Source of the DNA: Candidatus Latescibacterota bacterium
Lineage (GTDB): Bacteria > Latescibacterota > UBA2968
Assembly: GCA_965204375.1 (NCBI GenBank)
Contig: OZ241986.1
Location: 992,001-1,056,000, forward strand
Direction: 5' to 3'
DNA: 64,000 nucleotides
Numbering within the stretch: position 1 is the first letter of the stretch; every line of letters begins with the position of its first letter. Both the position numbers and the translations under genes were made by a program. The notes below the pieces were generated by a model. The model saw nothing but the letters and a program-made list of their open reading frames with translations. It did no database searches and was not told the origin of the DNA. Below are positions 57,604-64,000 of the stretch, piece by piece.

Positions 57604-58161
57604 GTGATTGATGAGATTATGGCTGAAGCGCGAACGGCTATGCAAAAGTCTATTATAGCCCTGCAAAATGAGATGGGTACAGTGCGAACGGGGCGTGCCA
57701 ATGCGCATTTGCTGGATCAAATTCGGGTCGAGTATTACGGTACACAGGTGCCGATTAACCAGGTCGCTACAGTGGGCGTGCCAGAACCGCGTTTGATCGC
57801 GCTTCAACCCTGGGATAAGTCGGCGATTCCACTGATTGAAAAGGCAATTCTGGAATCGAATTTGGGATTGACACCGACCAACGACGGTACGATTATTCGG
57901 TTGCCCATTCCGCAGTTGACGGAAGACCGCAGGCGAGAACTGGTGCGGGTGGTGAGGCAATATGCCGAAGAAAGCCGCATTTCGGTTCGCAATACCCGTC
58001 GCGATGCCAATGAACTCATCCGCGATGCGCAAAAAGAAGGCGAGATTCCCGAAGACGATGCCAGGCGCACAACAGATCGCGTGCAGGATTTGACCGACGA
58101 GTTTGTCGCAAAAATTGATGAGGTATTAAAAGAAAAAGAAGAAGAAATTATGGAAGTTTGA
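57604..58161 (+). CDS. frr: Ribosome recycling factor
   Basis: RTGRAN, YYG, P.LTEDRRRELV, RNTRRD. Confidence 0.97.
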   Translation: MIDEIMAEARTAMQKSIIALQNEMGTVRTGRANAHLLDQIRVEYYGTQVPINQVATVGVPEPRLIALQPWDKSAIPLIEKAILESNLGLTPTNDGTIIRLPIPQLTEDRRRELVRVVRQYAEESRISVRNTRRDANELIRDAQKEGEIPEDDARRTTDRVQDLTDEFVAKIDEVLKEKEEEIMEV

Positions 58162-58185
58162 TGTGGAACGAGATCTGCTGAATTG

Positions 58186-58225
58186 AAGAGGCCATCTCCA
58201 TTGCGAGGTGGCCTCTTGATTTTTT
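58186..58225 (+). terminator. Intrinsic terminator after frr
   Basis: AAGAGGCCATCTC...GAGGTGGCCTCTT followed by a T-run. Confidence 0.75.
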
Positions 58226-58251
58226 GAGTCGGAGAAGTGCTCCTGATACCT

Positions 58252-58767
58252 TTAGTATTTGATAGCATAGACCTCGACAAATTCGCCGTAGTGCCAGACG
58301 TAATACGCCGTGCGATAGTGCGATTTGGATCTGCCTGTTCGCGCGGCGCGTTCGACGGCTTCGGGAGGGTTGACGATTAAGAGTTTGCTGTCGAGGCGAA
58401 AACGGAATCCCAGATGCGTGACAAAGGGCGCGAAGATCACACTGCCTGTTCGCGCGTCGATAACGGCGAATTGCTGGCATTCTTCGCCGCAAAACCACCG
58501 CACAATGGTTTGGTCGCCCGCAAAATTGGGACCGATTTTGGCACTGTGAATCAAGCGGTCTTTGAATCGAAGCGCACGCGGATGGCTCACGAGATTGACA
58601 GGACGCGGTTTGTCTTTGTAAATTTGGTATTCGGGAATCGCAAACTGCTCAAATTCGGGTTTTTCAGTCACGGGACCAGGGGCTTCGGGTAACCGCGGGT
58701 CGGGCATACAGGCGATAAAAAACAAAAACAGGATGGGGGAGATCGACTTGTATTTTGGCATGCTCAT
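58252..58767 (-). CDS. Hypothetical lipoprotein
   Basis: Hydrophobic N-terminus with FIAC lipobox, GPNFAG...W.CG..C. Confidence 0.7.
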   Translation of the reverse strand: MSMPKYKSISPILFLFFIACMPDPRLPEAPGPVTEKPEFEQFAIPEYQIYKDKPRPVNLVSHPRALRFKDRLIHSAKIGPNFAGDQTIVRWFCGEECQQFAVIDARTGSVIFAPFVTHLGFRFRLDSKLLIVNPPEAVERAARTGRSKSHYRTAYYVWHYGEFVEVYAIKY

Positions 58768-58966
58768 GCGTCATTTCTCGGCGATGGTAGATGTCGTTGA
58801 TGCCATTAACTACGCACCAAATGGCTTTTTCGTCAAGTTGCGTTATCATTTTGCGGCGGTTGTGTTTGCCTGAACAGCACCGCTGAGTATCGCGCGTTGC
58901 TTGACTCCCCACTATCCATTGGGTACATTTGCATACCATTCACGTCATGATATAGAGGAGCCTGTT

Positions 58967-60046
58967 ATGAGCAGCACATTTGGTCGCGCATTTCGCATCA
59001 CCACATGGGGGGAGTCACACGGTGGTGGCGTTGGTGTTGTTCTGGATGGATGCCCACCCGGTCTGGAGATCAGCGAAGAAGATATCCAGATTGAACTCGA
59101 CCGCCGCAAACCTGGCCAGAGCAAAATTACCACACAGCGCAAAGAAGAAGACCAGATAGAAATCCACTCGGGTCTTTTTGAGGGTAAAACTCTTGGCACG
59201 CCCATCTCGATGATGGTGTGGAATCAGGATGCGCGTTCCAAAGATTACGAAGAAATACGGACCAAATACCGCCCTTCGCACGCCGATTACACATATCAGC
59301 AAAAATACGGTATTCGCAACTGGAAAGGAGGGGGCAGAGCCAGTGCGCGCGAGACCATCGGCCGCGTTGCAGCAGGTGCGATTGCCCGAAAATTGCTCAA
59401 ACGCGATTGCAATATCGATATTATCGCTTATGTGCGTCAGGTTCACACCCTTGTTGCCAGTGTCGATCCCGTCGGGGTTACTCGCGAGCAAGTCGAGTCG
59501 AATATCGCCCGCGTGCCCGAACCCGAGATTGCCGAGCAAATCATTCGGCGCATCGACGCTGCTCGCAAAGATGGCGACTCTCTCGGTGGCGTGGTAGAGG
59601 CCGTTGCCCATCGCGTTCCTCCCGGCTGGGGCGAACCCGTCTTTGACAAACTCGAAGCTGATCTCGCCAAATCCATGCTTTCACTGCCCGCCTGCAAAGG
59701 CTTCGAATCCGGCTCTGGTTTTGGCGGTATTGCGATGACTGGCTCTGCACACAACGATCCTTTTTACAACGATGGTGGCGGCATTCACACGCGCACAAAT
59801 TATTCTGGCGGCATTCAGGGCGGTATCTCCAACGGCGAACCCGTCGTCATTCGCGCAGCTTTCAAGCCGACTGCCACGATTTTGGCCGAGCAAGAAACCG
59901 TTGATATCCACGGCAATCCCACCACTCTCAAAGGGCGCGGTAGGCACGACCCCTGCGTCTTACCTCGCGCAGTTCCCATTGTCGAAGCGATGATGGCACT
60001 CGTACTGGCAGACCACTATTTGCGCCAGCGCGGACAAAGAGGGTGA
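58967..60046 (+). CDS. aroC: Chorismate synthase
   Basis: [38 protein letters not shown]. Confidence 0.97.
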   Translation: MSSTFGRAFRITTWGESHGGGVGVVLDGCPPGLEISEEDIQIELDRRKPGQSKITTQRKEEDQIEIHSGLFEGKTLGTPISMMVWNQDARSKDYEEIRTKYRPSHADYTYQQKYGIRNWKGGGRASARETIGRVAAGAIARKLLKRDCNIDIIAYVRQVHTLVASVDPVGVTREQVESNIARVPEPEIAEQIIRRIDAARKDGDSLGGVVEAVAHRVPPGWGEPVFDKLEADLAKSMLSLPACKGFESGSGFGGIAMTGSAHNDPFYNDGGGIHTRTNYSGGIQGGISNGEPVVIRAAFKPTATILAEQETVDIHGNPTTLKGRGRHDPCVLPRAVPIVEAMMALVLADHYLRQRGQRG

Positions 60047-60049
60047 AAA

Positions 60050-61696
60050 ATGATTGATTCCCGAATTTTCACCTGTATTAAAAATGCCAACTCCCACACC
60101 TATCGCTTTCCGTGGCGGAACTTTACGCATCTCTTAAAAGATCGCGCAGAGCGTCAGCCAGATAAGCCCGCGTTGATCTTTTGCAATTGCGATACGGATG
60201 CTCGCACGGTTATTACCTATTCTGAATTTGAACGCCTCACCGCCTCACTTGCAGGTCTGATGCACCGCGAATACGGTATAAGATGCGGCGATTGCGTCGG
60301 TCTGGCCTTGCCCAATTGTGCAGAAATTCCCCTGCTTACCCTTGCCCTTTTTCGCCTCGGCGCAACTTCTGTTCCTCTCGATATTGCCAAAGATGTTCCC
60401 GAGCGCAAGCGCTACAAACTGCAGAATGCCGGAGCTAAGCTGCTCGTTGTTTTGCCCGAACATGCAGAAATTCAACGCCGCGCATTACCCGATATCCAGA
60501 TTGCGACAACAGAGCAGTTGCTCGCCGCCGATGGATATGACGCGGTGGATATCGAGCCTGAGTGGTCTGGCGATCCAGAAGGCGAACAAAACACCAGCAT
60601 TGTGCTGTACACATCGGGTACAACAGGCCAGCCCAAAGGCGCGTGTATTACCCGACAAAGCCTCACTTCCAATGCCGATGGCATCATTCGCTGGCTCGGA
60701 TTTGATGCACGCGAACGCCTCAACCTCGTTTTACCACTCCATCATATCAATTCCACTACGTTCTCGATCACCAGTTTCATGGTGGGGGGGAGCCTTGTGC
60801 TCAACTCGCGCTACAGCGTTTCGGCGTTCTGGCGTATCATATCGCGGGAGCGGGCGACATCTGCGAGTATTGTACCGACGATTATGGCCGACTTGCTCGC
60901 CCGCGCCGATGACTTTGAGCGCGAGGGCTATGACATATCACCACTAAAAAAAATTATGATCGGTTCGGCACCTGTCCCGCCCAATATTGCCTGCCAGTTT
61001 GTCGATCGCTTTGGCGTTCGTCTCGTTCAAGGGTATGGCTCAACCGAAGTCAGTTTGCGCGTTACCGGCGTACCGCCCGGTTTGCCCGATGAACAGTACC
61101 GCGATGTGCTGGAACAAAATGCCATTGGTGTTGAGCTTGCCAATAATAATATAAGAATTGATGGTGGGAGAAACGAAGGCGATGTCGGTGAAATTCTCGT
61201 GCGCGGTCCCGTGGTTGCCAATGGCTACCTCAACCAGTCCAAAGACACTTCCGAAGTTTTTTGCAATGGCTGGTTCCGCAGTGGCGACATGGGGTATTTC
61301 CGAGACATGTATAACCATCGTTTCTACTTTATGCACGGTCGAAAAAAAGAAATCATCATCAAAGGCGGTGTCAATATATCACCCATCGCGGTTGAAAATG
61401 CCCTGCTCGACGCCTGTCCAGAACTCGACGCTGTTTATGTGATCGGCCTTCGTCATGACCGATGGGGGGAAGACGTTTGTGCAGTCGCTATTTTTAGATC
61501 TGAGATTGACCAGCCCAAAGCTGCCCAGGATATTCTCAGACGCGGACAAAACGGCCAAATCCCGGGCCTGAGTACCTATGAAGCTCCTTCGCGCATTATC
61601 CCAATTACATCTGAAGATCGTCCGTTGACCTCTACGGGTAAAGTGCAGCGCAGCACCCTGCAAGAGATTATCCAAAACCAGATTGACGATACTTAA
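60050..61696 (+). CDS. AMP-binding acyl-CoA synthetase
   Basis: YTSGTTGQPKG, QGYGSTE, WFRSGDMG, TSTGKVQR. Confidence 0.88.
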   Translation: MIDSRIFTCIKNANSHTYRFPWRNFTHLLKDRAERQPDKPALIFCNCDTDARTVITYSEFERLTASLAGLMHREYGIRCGDCVGLALPNCAEIPLLTLALFRLGATSVPLDIAKDVPERKRYKLQNAGAKLLVVLPEHAEIQRRALPDIQIATTEQLLAADGYDAVDIEPEWSGDPEGEQNTSIVLYTSGTTGQPKGACITRQSLTSNADGIIRWLGFDARERLNLVLPLHHINSTTFSITSFMVGGSLVLNSRYSVSAFWRIISRERATSASIVPTIMADLLARADDFEREGYDISPLKKIMIGSAPVPPNIACQFVDRFGVRLVQGYGSTEVSLRVTGVPPGLPDEQYRDVLEQNAIGVELANNNIRIDGGRNEGDVGEILVRGPVVANGYLNQSKDTSEVFCNGWFRSGDMGYFRDMYNHRFYFMHGRKKEIIIKGGVNISPIAVENALLDACPELDAVYVIGLRHDRWGEDVCAVAIFRSEIDQPKAAQDILRRGQNGQIPGLSTYEAPSRIIPITSEDRPLTSTGKVQRSTLQEIIQNQIDDT

Positions 61697-61782
61697 ACCC
61701 CCTGTCTGCGATTGACACAATTTGTCTGGTGTATTATATACCTGCGTGGGGACTGGCTACTGACCACTTTCTGGTGATTGTC

Positions 61783-62103
61783 ATGATGCGTATTTTTCTC
61801 CTTCTTTTTCGTCTCTTGCGCGTACGCGGTGTATTGTCAATCATCTCTCGACTCCCAAAATACTTGCGCCTTACCTGGCGACTCTTATGGGATTCCCGCA
61901 TACCTTTATTGCCCAAAATGTTTGTCGTTTTAACTGTTTTATACGGGCTTTCTCCCTTTGATATTATCCCAGAAGCGATTCTTCCCCATATCGGATTGGG
62001 AGATGACATCGTGTTTGTTATCCTGTCTATTCGCAATTTGATCGCGGCCAGTCCGCAGAATATCGTTCAGGAACACGCCCGCAAGATTGCAGAGAAATCG
62101 TGA
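61783..62103 (+). CDS. DUF1232 (YkvA) family protein
   Basis: Y.LSPFDIIPE....IGLGDD. Confidence 0.85.
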   Translation: MMRIFLLLFRLLRVRGVLSIISRLPKYLRLTWRLLWDSRIPLLPKMFVVLTVLYGLSPFDIIPEAILPHIGLGDDIVFVILSIRNLIAASPQNIVQEHARKIAEKS

Positions 62104-62106
62104 TTT

Positions 62107-63231
62107 ATGTCCCGCCTGGATTTCAAAACACAGATCGCCGCCGATCTTCTGACCTGGTATCGCGAACACAAACGCGATTTGCCATGGCGGCAGACAGACG
62201 ATCCCTATCGCATCCTGCTGTCTGAGTTTATGCTCCAGCAAACACAGGTCAATACTGTTATTCCCTATTACCATCGTTTTCTCGACCGTTTTCCCACGGT
62301 TTACGACCTCGCCAGGGCATCACAGGATGATATCCTCAAAGCCTGGGAAGGATTGGGCTATTACGCTCGCGCCCGCAATTTGCACAAAGCCGCGCATTCT
62401 ATTGCTATGGACTTTGGCGGCACCGTGCCCGATACTTACGATGAACTCAAATCCCTGCCAGGATTTGGGCCTTATACCACAGCCGCAGTTTTGAGCATTG
62501 CTTATGATCGCGACCATGCCGTGCTCGATGGCAATGTTATTCGCGTTATCACGCGCCTCTTTGATATCGGCGACGATGTCACGCAAACCCGCGTCAAAAA
62601 TCAGCTATGGGATCTCGCCCAGGCTCTGTTGCCAAAAGGTGAAGCTGGCACCTACAATCAGGCGATTATGGAACTCGGCGCAATGGTCTGCACCGCCAAA
62701 AATCCGGTGTGCGATCAGTGTCCCGTGCAAAAATACTGTGCAGCGTACCGAGTGGGCAATCCGCAGCGTCTGCCCGTCAAAGGAAAAAGGAAGCCGCGTC
62801 CTCATCACACGCTGTGTGCGGGCATTGTGTGGCACAATGACAAAGTGCTCATTACCCAGCGTCCGCAAAATGGCTTGCTCGGCGGGCTTTGGGAATTTCC
62901 CGCAGGAACGCAACAGGAGGGGGAATCTCTGCAAGATACCTGTATGCGAGGGATAAGAGAAACTACGGGTATTGATGTCGAAATCAGCGATCGCTACCGC
63001 ACCGTCAAACACGCTTTTACACACTTCAGTATCACCCTGCACACTTTCCAGTGTCACTATGTCAAAGGCAGAGCGCGTCCACTCCTGTGTGACAATCTCG
63101 CCTGGGTTGTGCGTGCCGAGTTCAATGCTTATGCTTTTTCTCGCACCAGTCGCAAACTCATTGAGTATCTACAACAAGATGTCCAACCCGACCTTTTTGC
63201 ATTTGAAAACAATATCAGGGAGGTTCCATGA
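62107..63231 (+). CDS. mutY: A/G-specific adenine glycosylase
   Basis: RDLPWR, SEFMLQQTQV, W.GLGYYARARN, DGNV.RV, C-X6-C-X2-C-X5-C cluster motif. Confidence 0.97.
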   Translation: MSRLDFKTQIAADLLTWYREHKRDLPWRQTDDPYRILLSEFMLQQTQVNTVIPYYHRFLDRFPTVYDLARASQDDILKAWEGLGYYARARNLHKAAHSIAMDFGGTVPDTYDELKSLPGFGPYTTAAVLSIAYDRDHAVLDGNVIRVITRLFDIGDDVTQTRVKNQLWDLAQALLPKGEAGTYNQAIMELGAMVCTAKNPVCDQCPVQKYCAAYRVGNPQRLPVKGKRKPRPHHTLCAGIVWHNDKVLITQRPQNGLLGGLWEFPAGTQQEGESLQDTCMRGIRETTGIDVEISDRYRTVKHAFTHFSITLHTFQCHYVKGRARPLLCDNLAWVVRAEFNAYAFSRTSRKLIEYLQQDVQPDLFAFENNIREVP

Positions 63232-64000
63232 AACTCGAAAACAAAATCGCGCTTATAACAGGCGCGGGATCGGGCATTGGCAAAGCCATTGCGCTCGAAA
63301 TGGGTAGCGCAGGCGCGCATATTGCCGTTAACGATCTCACTGCCGAAACTGCCGAAACCACCGCACACCAGATCAAAGCTCTCGGGCGCGGGGCTCTTGT
63401 CATTCCCGCAGATGTGGCCGACTCGGGGCAGGTCGAGAATATGGTTCAGCAGACGCTCAATCGCTTTGGGCGCATCGATATTCTGGTCAATAATGCCGGT
63501 GTGTACATTCCCCAGGACGGTGGCGTTACAGCTATTACAGATGAGGCGTGGCAGCGCATTCTCGATGTCAATCTCAACGGGCCTTTTTATTGCAGCCGCG
63601 CTGTTGTCAAAGACATGATAGCACGCAAGCAGGGCGGCAAAATTATTAATATTTCGTCTGTGCAGGCCGAAGTTGCGCATTTCGACGCTTCTGCCTATCA
63701 GCCTTCTAAAGCCGCTGTGGTTATGCTCACGCGAACCCTTGCCGTGGAACTTGCTCCTTACAAAATCAATGTCAATGCCATTGGTCCGGGGGCTATTGCA
63801 TCCGAAGGTATGGGCGCGTCACTTGGTCTTGAAGTTATCGATGCCTACCGCAAACGCATTCCCTGGGGTGCTCGCGGATATACCCGCGATATTGGAACTG
63901 TCGCCACCTTTCTGGCTTCGGAAGATGCGCGCTATATCACGGGCCAAAACATCTATGTCGATGGCGGTTATTTGTCCGATAGCACACCGACAGAGTTAAA
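63228..64000 (+). CDS. SDR oxidoreductase (3' end outside window)
   Basis: Manual translation MKLENKIALITGAGSGIG, LVNNAG, YQPSK, ITGQNIYVDGG. Confidence 0.92.
   Translation, partial: MKLENKIALITGAGSGIGKAIALEMGSAGAHIAVNDLTAETAETTAHQIKALGRGALVIPADVADSGQVENMVQQTLNRFGRIDILVNNAGVYIPQDGGVTAITDEAWQRILDVNLNGPFYCSRAVVKDMIARKQGGKIINISSVQAEVAHFDASAYQPSKAAVVMLTRTLAVELAPYKINVNAIGPGAIASEGMGASLGLEVIDAYRKRIPWGARGYTRDIGTVATFLASEDARYITGQNIYVDGGYLSDSTPTEL

Noticed and set aside
1-64000. Integron integrase, reverse transcriptase, Cas genes or CRISPR array
   Set aside because: No tyrosine-recombinase, RT or Cas motifs were seen in any ORF, and there are no regularly spaced short repeats.
1-64000. tRNA or rRNA genes
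   Set aside because: No cloverleaf or rRNA-like sequence was recognised. The 15-nt match at 54903 is complementary to the 16S tail but does not extend into an rRNA fragment.

Overview
The window has two parts. Bases ~1-47.9 kb are an accessory island of about 50 genes and gene fragments, nearly all on the minus strand: GNATs, methyltransferases, phospho- and nucleotidyltransferases, NUDIX, toxin-antitoxin (TA) modules and some catabolic enzymes. It contains complete, half and hybrid attC-like sites but no integron integrase. It is built from many diverged, deletion-trimmed duplications of 31-700 bp, and it carries three IS1380 copies, one IS5, one IS256 nested in an IS1380, and a 393-bp miniature IS200/IS605 (TnpB-derived) element. 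Bases ~47.9-64 kb are core genome: ispH, rplM-rpsI-rpsB-tsf-frr (no pyrH), aroC and mutY. This gene order suggests an FCB-group bacterium (inference). The most notable items are (1) an unannotated ~250-nt structured transcription unit upstream of rplM with a 15-nt anti-SD match and an 11-codon ORF, (2) the integrase-less mosaic array in which duplicated stubs bracket new genes, (3) the mini-TnpB element, whose boundaries are supported by reconstructing the empty site, and (4) one terminator family shared by unrelated TA modules. All calls come from reading the sequence by eye; no database searches were run.
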